64,000 nt of DNA, taken from contig NC_042997.1 in the NCBI RefSeq assembly GCF_006345805.1, positions 70,432,001-70,496,000 on the forward strand, read 5' to 3'. This stretch comes from Octopus sinensis (taxonomy: Eukaryota). Both the position numbers and the translations under genes were made by a program. The notes under the pieces are model-generated. The model worked only from the letters and a program-made list of their open reading frames with translations. It searched no databases and was not told the DNA's origin. Shown here piece after piece: positions 52,987 to 64,000 of this stretch (positions within the stretch are counted from its first letter, which is position 1; every line of letters begins with the position of its first letter).

Positions 52987-53310
52987 AGCGCAGGCATGGT
53001 TGTGTAATAAGAACCTTGCTTCCCAACCACATCGTACCGAGTTCAGTTCCACTGCGTGGCACCTTGGGGAGTTGTCTTCTACTGTGGCTTGGGCTGACTT
53101 GTGAGGTTGACGGAAACTGAAAGAAGCCACCGTATATATATACATATATGTGGGTGGGTGAGGGTCGTGTGTATGTGAGTGTGTGCCTTTTTCTCCCACT
53201 ACAGCTTCACAACTGATGTTGGTGTGCTCACGACTCCGTAACCGAGCGGATCCACATAAGAGAGCGGTAGAGTCAGTACCATGCTTTAAAAAATGTAGTG
53301 GAGTCGACTC
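52987..53310 (+). mobile_element. SINE family B, decayed
   Basis: GCGCAGGCATGGTTGTG head, CCACTGCGTGGCACCTTGGG, GACGGAAACTGAAAGAAGCC. Confidence 0.78.
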
Positions 53311-53885
53311 ATGTATAAATACACACACAGCGTTATAAACATACGTACATAAACTCATCCACACCCATATGTGCATATGCAAAAGGAATAGTAAAACATA
53401 ATAAAAATCATATGAACGCATTTATAGCTATAATCCGATGCGTATATATTAACTTATATCTATTTATAGATACATTGGCAAATTCTAAGATGCTATATGA
53501 GCATACGTACACCATCCCGCAAAACGAAATATAATATTTATGGGCCTAAGGTGATCTTCGATCATGTATTTGTAAATATTAAAGAATAAGGTATGTGTGT
53601 GTATATGCACATGCAGGTAAGCATATATGTATATATACAGATTGAATTCAGTTGCCTGTGTTCATTCTACTGCAAGGCGAACGCCTCAGCATGTTCCCTC
53701 TGCCAAGAAATCACACAGGTCTGAGAAATCTACTCTGCCACATTGGCATACACAGAAACATGTATATACATGTATATATTTGTATCTATTTGTGCGTTGT
53801 ATTGGTCACCGACGTGTCACAATAGTCGCTGTATCAATAATGAATCAAATATATATATATACATACACATATGTATGTGTGTGTG

Positions 53886-53924
<39 letters not shown>

Positions 53925-54287
53925 GTGTGTGCATGCGTGTGTATATGTATGTATCTATCTTGGTCACTGATGTAGTTCAATAATTTTTTATCGATACTGC
54001 ATCAAAATACCCCTCAAGAAATAGCCAGTATCGGAAAATTTATAGAAGCTATGCTATATATTTTGTGAAGTGAATGTTGTTAGTATTGAATCTTGTGATT
54101 ATGAATTTTTTGAAAATATCGTAAAAACATATTGCACGCTATTGAAGGCTAACCCCTACTGTACCAGAATGTTAGTTCAGCATATGTTCCTTGCTGAACA
54201 TGGCAGGGAATGAAAGATTTTTGTGTATCTTAGTGTTCTTCTGGAAGTTAAGTCATCATTCGAAACCAACAGATGTTGACATTTTCT

Positions 54288-54397
<110 letters not shown>

Positions 54398-54537
54398 CAT
54401 ATATACACACACATCCACACACACATATGTATTGTATGCATATATGCATGTGCTTGAATATATCCAGTATAAATACGTGTGTGCATTAGAGTATATACGT
54501 ACAGGTGTATGTATGTCTATACACACAACACACACAC

Positions 54538-54584
<47 letters not shown>

Positions 54585-56341
54585 TAGACACAATATTTAT
54601 ATATATATGTATATTCATGCATATTATGAACAAACACTCTCACACTGACATATACATTAATTTCAAACCATTACTGTGTGAGGTCCAACACAAGGGTGGG
54701 CAACTAAATGTGTTGGATCAGTTCGCTTGCATATGTAAATATATATTTGAGAATTTAATAGGTAAATACTTTCTAAAGAATATAAGGAAAGAAGAGAAAT
54801 AACACATCACATATTTATATATCTAACAGTTTTATCTTATCGATACCTATCGTAGCTATATTTCAGTAATACATTTATTCGAATTGATCTGCTTTTTTTT
54901 TTATTACACTTGTACAAAACACATTTGGCAAAACTGTGGCGATCGGGTTTATTGATTTATTAAATAGCTATTCGGATTCTAATGAAAGTGAGTAAGAGAA
55001 AACGTAGAGAAATTGAGGAAATCTTGCAGTAGGATATGATGCTACACGTGTATTGAGTTGCGTGTGGCGATCATAAGAAAACGCCTATGAGTATATGATC
55101 GGTTAGAATAGTGTATAGATTTATTGCTCATATATATTTTTATATGATGTTTACATGAGATAATACTTTATTCAGTTTGTTGAATGGAAAACTGAGAAAG
55201 ACAATATAAGAGATTATAAGTATAATATTAGGTTTGAAAGCTTACGATAATGTTGGGTAAATTGATGAATAAAATCACGAAGAAACTGAAACGGCAACTT
55301 TCCTTGGAAAAAACGAAATCTAATTTTGTAAGGTTGCACGGTTTCCTTTAGATAAATTTTGCTAATACACGTGAGTGTGTTATACATATTGCGCAAAACT
55401 ACCTTTCTACACAATATTTACACTGACAGAAGAGATATGTACAGTGGTGGACTGTGCTAAGAGGCAGTAGGAGTGGGGCATTTAAAAATAGTTGAAGTTC
55501 CTATTTCTGAAATACTTACCACTAAAATCGCTACAACTTTGGCATTTTGACAATACGCTCTTTTCCGTCTTGACATACGAAACACCGTTTGACAACAGAC
55601 GATGAGTATTTTATATACGTTTATGTTAAAATGCAATAATACAATCACTAGCACATATGAAATAGAATAGCAAATAACCGTAGGCTTATAAATTGTCTAC
55701 TCTGGTCACTACATTCTATGGTAGTAGGGCATCAAATTATCGTGAAATAAAAGTGTTAACAAACCTTTATATATCAGTGGATTGCATAGACAATTCCTTA
55801 CAGGAACATTGAAAGTTCTACACTGTGTAGATTCTTACGAGTAGTGTTTGGTCTTTGGGTGGAGAATATGATCCATTGCTTTATGATATCGATTATTGGT
55901 GTTATTGATGTTTATCGTCTGGTCAGTTACAGATGTGGATTTCTATTTTCTTCAGAAGTGGTAGTTCTAACATTAAAATGTGCCCCTCCGGTGTTTAATG
56001 TTCTAGGTGCAATTTGATGTAAAAAATTTTACTATTACTAAATCGCTTCATCAGAATGGAAGTACACTACTGACGACCCTATATCAAAACACTGCAATAA
56101 CAGAAAAGACTCCAGTAAAGGTTTACAAGACTTAAGTGGTGATCGTGTTAAGCTGGACGATGTGTGAATTTTACACCCAGAGTAAAGCACGACAGCATTA
56201 AAAACTAGGAATATATGAAGTCGGAATAGATATATCAGAGCATTTCTTCGATACTCGAGCAACTCTGCCAGTCCCGTATATAAAAGTGTGTGGGGGGGAG
56301 TTAAAATTTGTGTGTGTGTGTGTGTTTACGTGAAGTGAAAG

Positions 56342-56455
<114 letters not shown>

Positions 56456-58036
56456 CATGCATGTATATATATATGAAAGGAAAAATGTTTGATCTTGGCA
56501 CGATCGGTTAAATTTCACTGTCGCTGTCAAAACTTTCTTGCTCCAAATCAAGTCTTTTTCAACAGATTTCTGGGATGCTAGATATTAATTTGTAAGAGGC
56601 TTTCTTGATTACGATTTTAAATTGGTTGAGCAACCAGACAGTGGATTACTCAGGGATACATTTATTATTACTAGAGATAATTATTCCAGAAAGAAATCGT
56701 GATACTCTCTCTAAACTCTCTGTTTACTATAATTTGTATGATTTCGTAAGATGAATGTAGGAATGGCGTTACAGTAGCATCAAAAATTGTTAAGAACACC
56801 ATCAATGAACAATTGGTAAAAGCAAAAAGAACAACAAAACAGTAATAGCTGCACGGAAAACCAAATTCAGAATCATGGACGATATTTAGATATTTGCAAC
56901 AAATTTAACAAGTTAGCAGTTGCGTAGAAAAATATTTTTGTATATTTTAGATTGACAGGCTTGTATCATATGCACAAGCCAGGTGTGTTTACTGAAAAAA
57001 CGTCGAAAGCGACGGGTTTAACCGCTCTAATGCCTCGGAAAAACAAAACACTCTATGATAACGGGTGCTATGCTGTTATGCTGTGTTATGCTATCTGAGT
57101 CAAAATAATCCCACGGGGAAGATTTTCATCTTTCCACAAAATATATGACCTTTTGTTATATGAGAAATTGCATTAAAGCATTTCCATATTAATTTTCTTC
57201 CTATTCAGTTAATATGCTTGGTAAGTTACTAAAGCATTTATAATACCTTTCTAATTTGAAAGATATGTGAATTGTATTGTGAGGTTGTCGCATCCGTACA
57301 ACGTTGGGTTCAGTCCTCTATGTGGGTGTAGTTCATAGTAAGGTCTTGATACTGATCGTGATTACATGCTGCACATTTTCCTTAGCTTAACAAGACATTC
57401 GTTGCTATTTCTATCTTTCTGTTGTGTTAAACATATTTTTGCACATGGTATGATGAATTCTTATTGATTTATTCGAAATATAGGGAGAAATAATTCCAAA
57501 AATACATGAGTAAAGATGGGCAGGCAGGAGAGAGTGAAAGAGAGACAGAGAAGGGAGAGAGTTAGAGAGAAAGAGGGAAAGAAATAAAAAGAAAGAGAGA
57601 GAAGTCGCACCAGATATTAGTCGCTATATGGGGTGCCACTGAGAGTGGGAACAAAAAGGAAGGTGTGTGGTGTTATATTAATTAGTAAGCGGAAAAAATT
57701 ATGCAAAAAGATGGAAAAGGATCACTCAGAAAAATCGCACGTGAGACATGCACATCCCTCATCAGTTATCGCCCAAAAATCATCGCAATGTGGCGCTATT
57801 GCATGCATGTTTAAAGGGAAGTAAACGAAATGCAGAAAAACATGGAAATCTCTCATCAGCTATGGAGACCAGACTACAAAAGAGGAGCACGTTTAATGAA
57901 CTAAGACTTTAAATCTCAGGGCACTCCTCATCTAACTGCCGCAATGATATAGGGAATGTCACTGATATACGGAATGTCACAACATACGACAAGTAGGATT
58001 GAAAATTACAAATAAAAACAATCCAGTAACAGAATA

Positions 58037-58079
<43 letters not shown>

Positions 58080-58127
58080 ATAAACCTCTCTCTCTCTCTC
58101 TCTTTCCCCATATATATATATATATAC

Positions 58128-58360
58128 TTTTATTCTTTTACTCATTTGAGTAATTGAATAAAGCCATGCTGGAGCACCATCTTAAAGAGTTTTTTTATTC
58201 GAAGAAATCAAATCGTCCCCGGAAATTTTTTTGGTAAGCCTAGTACTTGTTCTACCGCTCTGATTTGTCGGACCGCTAGGTTACGGGATCGTAAATAAAT
58301 CAACTTCGGTTGTCAAGCGATTGTGGGGGGAGGGGGGACAAACACAAAAATACACACACA
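58128..58360 (-). mobile_element. SINE family B, 3' half
   Basis: GCCATGCTGGAGCACC, GGACCGCTAGGTTACGGG, GGTTGTCAAGCGA..GGGGACAAACAC. Confidence 0.75.
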
Positions 58361-58374
58361 CGTAAATATATACA

Positions 58375-59390
58375 TATGTGGTGGTAGTTGTTTACTCCTT
58401 ATGCAGACTTTTTGTACTCACAGCTTAGATCTGTTATGACGTCAGATGTAGCTTTTTAGACCAGACAAAGTTTTGAAAAAACACCCACATAAACTACATA
58501 TATGATTTCGACTATGAACAGCTGCAGTTAAGTTCTAATGTCTGTAGATCTTATGTCTTTTTAGGCCTCCGTTAGATTTGCAGACCTTATGCCCTACATA
58601 GCATTGAAAGGTATACACAGATAGATAAATAGAGTAGTTCGTAGAGATTTGTTTATCATGAGTCTGCGAATGAGATTTGAGCTCAGCAAAAGAAAGGCAT
58701 GATTTTCCACAAATTGTGCACACAAAAATGTTGCTGGGATTCATTTTCTCGTTGATCGTAGCATTTTTCTTTAAATTTCTTTTGAGCTTCGTATGGGTCA
58801 TCCTGTTTTCTGCAAAAACTTTCACTTCTCTCCATAGTTTTGCTCGCAATCCAGCTCGATCCGAAACAAGGATTTCTATGGCCTTCGGATCGATTCTAAG
58901 TGATTTCATGTTAGTCCTTATACAATCCTTAAACTTCCTTTTAGGTTTACTCTGGCCGCATTTCTTTTCTGCAAGTTTGCCGTAAAACACTGTTTTGGTG
59001 TGCCTTCATGCGCCATTCGTACAATGTGGCCAGACCATTTTATTTGATATTTCAAGATCATTGATTTGAGTGAACTGATCATGCCTGCAGATGCAAAGAT
59101 ATTTGTGTTTGAAGTAAAAAAACAAAATGTCCCATTTAATGTTTGAAATGCGACGAAGGCATTTTTAGTGGAACCATTCTAACAATTTGAGATGTTTTTT
59201 TATAACAAGACCATGTTTCAGAAAAATACAACAGGGATGGTAGGACAACCGATTTGTAAAGAGCCACTTTTGTGTTGTTATTTATATGTCTCTGGCACCA
59301 AACGCATGAATCCAAAAGACTAAATGCTTAGGCTAGATGAAAGAGGCAGGTGACAGAGTCAACAACCTGAAGTAACTTACCCTTATCATC
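58375..59390 (-). mobile_element. RTE-clade LINE 3' fragment with two C-terminal C2H2-like zinc fingers
   Basis: TKVALYKSVVLPSLL, HLKLLEWFH*KCLRRI, FYGKL..KPKRKFKDCI, FVCTICGKSCLSFAELKSHSQTH, VCKSNGGLKRH. Confidence 0.9.
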
Positions 59391-59439
59391 ATCATCGTCG
59401 TCATAATCATCACCACCATCACCATCATCGTCATCTTCT

Positions 59440-59530
59440 CCTTCTCCTTCTTCTTCTTCTTCTTCTTCTTCTTCTTCTTCTTCTTCTTCTTCTTCTTCTT
59501 CTTCTTCTTCTTCTTCTTCTTCCTCTTCTA
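59440..59530 (+). repeat. (TTC)n microsatellite preceded by degenerate (ATC)n
   Basis: direct reading. Confidence 0.95.
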
Positions 59531-59559
59531 CTTCTCCACCCCCTACCCCTTAACTTTGT

Positions 59560-62150
59560 CACTAATGTTTTTTAGTATAACACCTACGCTAATTCTATAA
59601 ACAAGCCTGTCAATATAAATATTCTCCTGAATTGAACTGAGACTGCCAGCCGCCACTGACCATTCAAAATACGACCATCAGGGCACTCCCAGATTCTCCC
59701 ACCCCCCTTTCCTCACTCACGCCTTCTTCCTCTACTACCCTACCAAGAACTCACAACGACCTTCAACACACAAGTGCAAACAAGGAGTCAGAGAAAGGCA
59801 GAATGCCACTTAAATCTGAACACTACTATAGAAATATTCTTTTAAAAAAACTTTTCTTCTAGTTTTTCTAAATTTAATTATTTAATCGTTACAGTTGAAA
59901 AGGTCTCAAAATGACCGAAACCGGTACTGAAATGTTCACTATAAAATTATTTTAGCATTTTTTTTTTTTACTTGTTTTTTCATATATATCAACTCGTGTG
60001 TTCCTTTTCACCCTTATACATATCATTAACCCACACGAGATACAGAAAATGCCGACAAAAACAGACACAATCACCTCCATAAACGAAGAAATACTGAAAG
60101 AACTCAAGAAAATCAACACAAATTTGTCAACTTTTTTGAACAAATTCGACTCGACACTTCAACCCAATCGAGAAACAATGAAGAAACCGATACGAAAAAT
60201 ACAACCTCCGAAATTGTCGAAAACCTTGAAACTTATGCGAAACAATTAGAACATTTTTCTCTAACAACGCTAACCAAGGACCTCCAAACGCGTCAATATA
60301 TGGGATCAATACTCTAACAACATACCAAATGAAACACCACATAATACCACAATGGAACAAATCACTCAGAGATAGAAAGTTCGCCTTTTGGAAGATGATC
60401 CAAAACAACAACAAAGCGGATATATACGAAAAATGGCTCAACCGGACCCCGTAATCCTCCCACGTAAATTCCAGTTCAAAGCTATTACAGAAGAACCTGA
60501 AACACAAAGACACCTCAGGGAGAGAATGGCACTGGAAAAAATGAAAATGGAAATAGAACTTCTGAAATTGAGGGCCCAAACGAATGAGGATAAAATAAAA
60601 TCCACCGATGAAGATATCAACGAAGAAATTCGCAAAATGACCCAAGGCCCAGATCAAGAGAAGTTCTCCAAACTATGGAAAGAGGACTGTGAAAAAGAAG
60701 AACTAAAATCTCTCCAACGCTGGGAGAAAAGCGCCACTTGGTTCTCAGACTATGAAGCCGTCTTTCAAACAGAGCACGCCTCCAACAACCCTTTCCAGAA
60801 AATAAGAAAACCAAAACACACCCAAACACCGATACACCACCTGTCTAAAAATCGGAACCTTCACTACTATCAAAAAAAGAATACAGGACCTAACCCTAAC
60901 TCTGTAAGCAGCCAGCGATACAATATCAGGAATACCCCCACTTCAAGCAGAGAAAGGATAATCAACACCCACAGCATAGACACTGCAACCTCATCCCCAC
61001 CCAAAGGAGTTACCAACGAAATCTTCGTCCCATTAACCGGTTAAACAACCATGCACAACAAACCCACACCACTTGCAATGATTACCAACGAAGGCCTCCT
61101 AGAACACCACACCCGAATATGGGATATCGGATGCTCTCCTCAATACTGCTCCAAGAACACACACCATAAATCACAACAGGAGACCCCTAATCAACAAAGA
61201 ACAACTATATACTAGCTACCGTCCCAACCACCGCATTCATTTTTTAGACCCAATACGCAAACACAGAGACACAAGATAGCACCAAACAAGCAGGAGGAAC
61301 CAAAAGTAATAAAAAATATTAATCTAACTCACAAGGAACTAACAGCAAACCAAATAAACATACTTTCCAAAGGACTCAAGTTTACACCCACCCCACAACA
61401 CCCCAACTACAATGAAATGAAAGAAGACATCGCAGAATTCTGCAGAAAATTAAGACTTACTGAGGAGCTATACGATAAATACAACGAGGACGAATCGTTA
61501 GCCAGAAATAGGAGTAACTACACCCCCTCGAAAGGTAAGAATAAACACTTGATGATTTCTGTGACCACATATCAAATTACCCATATCAACATATGCACAA
61601 ACAAAAACACAAACCAAACTTCAGCAAAAAAGAATGGGCTGAGTTGAACAAATTAAAACTAGATAAAACAATAACAATCAAGAGGCCGATAAAGGGAGTG
61701 CTGTTGTCTTAATGGATACGACATTTTACATAACTTTGGTACTTTCTATGCTGGAAGACACAACATACTATGAAAAGGCACAAAACTACAGTCAACAAAA
61801 AATAATGAGGGAACTAAAATCCATATTAAACCCATACAAAGCAGGGCTCACCGACAAAGAATATGATTATATGACCAATTTCACAAGTAAAACTAGCCAT
61901 TCTACTACGGTATACCTAAGATCCACAAAAGTGAAAAAATAAGCAACGCATGCAAGATAGCTACAGACAAAATAATTAAAGTCCCTAATCCTAATGACCT
62001 CAAATTGAGACCATAATAGCAGGTCCCGCATGCGAAACCCACCGCCTCAGTAACTTTTTAGACACCCTGTTAAAACCACTCCTCAAACATGTCAAAAGCT
62101 ATATAAGGGACGACTTAGATATGCTCAATCACCTGCCTGCAAACACACGC
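59560..62150 (+). mobile_element. Penelope-like element, 5' part (pseudo-LTR, N-terminal domain, start of RT), pseudogenised
   Basis: ATG at 60049; LRDRKFAFWK..YEKW..PRKF; ILSKGLKFTPTP..DIAEFCRKLRL; DKGSAVVLM; YGIPKIHKS; AGPACETHRLSNFLDTLLKP..KSYIRDDLD; ends before the catalytic motifs. Confidence 0.92.
59892..59929 (+). ncRNA. minimal type I hammerhead ribozyme, U3-A8 core variant
   Basis: CAG-TTGAAAA-GGTC(tcaaaat)GACC-GAA-ACCGGT-A-CTG; stems I (3 bp) and II (4 bp) perfect, palindromic stem III, GUA site; predicted cleavage after A59926. Confidence 0.8.
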
Positions 62151-62903
62151 ACACAAGCATTATATATGAACACAAATATACACGCCCGCTTTCATATTAC
62201 GAAAAGGAAAGGGGTATTTCTAAAGTACTGAAATATCAATATGCACAATTTCTCTAAAGCTTAAGTACAACTATATATAATGAGATGCACTCACACCTAC
62301 AAAGTGGTAACCACATAAATACACCTAGCACGCTGTGGTGATTTTCTTTGTGTTTGTGACAATTTATTGAATTTACGATGAATATATTTATATCTGATTT
62401 CTTATTCAAATATATTTCGAAGACAACATAGATTAGAAGTTATATAAACGCAACAGCACGCCATTGACATGACGTCAATCACCTGAAACTCATGTTATAG
62501 AGACAGACAAGAATATTAAGGCAAGGAGTCGGCATACGATAACCACAGAATAAAGTAGTTAAATACTGATAATCATCTGGGGTCCTAACAAAAAAGTCGC
62601 TTGAAAGAGGTCAAGCAATTGTCGAAGTAAAAGATTTTGAAATTGAATTAGTGTGAGGCAATGAAACTTAAAATTGTATTAATATTAAAAGGTAACATAA
62701 TGTAACAGTTGAAGAACAGCTTAAATTTTATAACCGGGCTCTTATTTCTTTATCACAATATTTTGAACTTCCGCCCTGATTATACGTTGTATCCTAATTT
62801 AAACTTTTCATTTGCTCTGTTATTTTATTTCTCCTCTGGTTGTCATTTTGTAATTCTTCACCATTTTTATCCAGTTCGGTATGTTTGTCATGAAGACAAT
62901 TGG

Positions 62904-62963
<60 letters not shown>

Positions 62964-63149
62964 CGTGTGTGTGCGTGTGCGCGCGCGCGTGTGTGTGTGT
63001 GTGTATCTTTCTAATTACGCTGTTCGATTCACTTAACTTTCAATGTATAATCCTAAAACTACATTTTATATATTACACTAATTTCATTCTCTGATAATTA
63101 GTCTTATCCTTCTAAAATACTCGTTCCTTTACCCGCACTTTCCATAAAA

Positions 63150-63712
63150 TTTACCCGCACTTTAAATAGTCTCTGTAATTCAATAGCTAGGTCCTACTAC
63201 TTAGCTATTTTTTTTTGTACCTCTCATATAAATGTTTTCATCATTTCATAATTGACTGTAGGGTCAATTATCTGGCACTTTCTATTCTCTTTATCCACTA
63301 CTACCCAATCAGGCCTTCTAACTGCTATTACTCTCTCAGTCTGAATGTTAAAGTTCCACAGCATCTTGTATTTCTTACTTTCTTGTATTTTACTAAGTTT
63401 ATGTGTATACCAATTATCAATATGTTCAAATCCTAGCTTTCTACATAGCTCCCAGTGGATTACTCTCCCTAGATTGTCATGTCTTTCCTTGCATTCTTTG
63501 TGTACCAGCATTGTAAAATCACTTACTATATGAATAACTCTTTCCTCTATTGATTTTGCATAAACTACATTGGGAATCAACTTGGTTTTTGACTATCTTG
63601 GTTTTTATCCAATTAGACCTTAAAGCTTGTTCTTGTGCAGCTACTGACAAACTACTATTTGCAGCAACTATCTTTGGGAATCTTCCATGCAACGCTTTCT
63701 CTTGCCAGTCAG

Positions 63713-63714
<2 letters not shown>
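63150..63714 (-). mobile_element. R4/Dong-like RLE LINE fragment abutting a (TAA)n array
   Basis: WQEKALHGRF, AAQEQALR, RHDNLGRVIHWELC, KMLWNFNIQTERVIAVRRPDWVVVDK, DLAIELQRL. Confidence 0.9.
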
Positions 63715-63754
<40 letters not shown>

Positions 63755-63766
63755 TAATAATAATAA

Positions 63767-63804
<38 letters not shown>

Positions 63805-63812
63805 TAGTAGTA

Positions 63813-63853
<41 letters not shown>
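63715..63853 (+). repeat. compound (AAT)n(AGT)n(AAT)n microsatellite
   Basis: direct reading. Confidence 0.95.
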
Positions 63854-63854
<1 letters not shown>

Positions 63855-64000
63855 TGGTCAACAGCATACTTTCAAATGAGTTCCAAGGTACTGTAGAGGA
63901 AATCCGACAAAACAAGCTGCAATGGAATCATTTCACTTAAAAAAACAGAACATCACTATCACTATAGACTGCTGGTGAAGGTAGAACCAATATTACCTGT

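Noticed and set aside
56030-56060. CTGATGAAGCG on the minus strand in PLE-tail-like sequence
   Set aside because: The GAAA and stem III half is missing; cannot be called a ribozyme.
60388-61044. 218 aa ORF as a host gene
   Set aside because: It is a frameshift-bounded piece of the Penelope N-terminal region, collinear with downstream RT motifs.

Overview
AT-rich, microsatellite-saturated eukaryotic DNA. The SINE families look like octopus (inference from repeat recognition). I found no host protein-coding exon I can support, so the window reads as intergenic or deep intronic. Nearly all non-microsatellite sequence is decayed mobile DNA: two abundant tRNA-headed SINE families (called A and B here), RTE and probably CR1 LINE fragments, three R4/Dong-like RLE LINE fragments plus a leader paralogue, a near-full-length mariner, an internally deleted maT-like Tc1/mariner, a hAT MITE, and several Penelope-like element (PLE) pieces. 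The most interesting layer is RNA-structural. About ten minimal type I hammerhead ribozyme (HHR) motifs from several families are present. They include C3-G8, U3-A8 and G3-C8 core pairings, a non-coding three-copy retrozyme-like cluster, a tRNA-SINE ending in an HHR, and two head-to-head fold-backs with HHRs at their centre. Other observations are further long palindromes, a PLE GIY-YIG domain split by about 590 nt, and a 1.4 kb tandem duplication that may be an assembly artefact. All structures were folded by eye, and the edges of decayed repeats are approximate.
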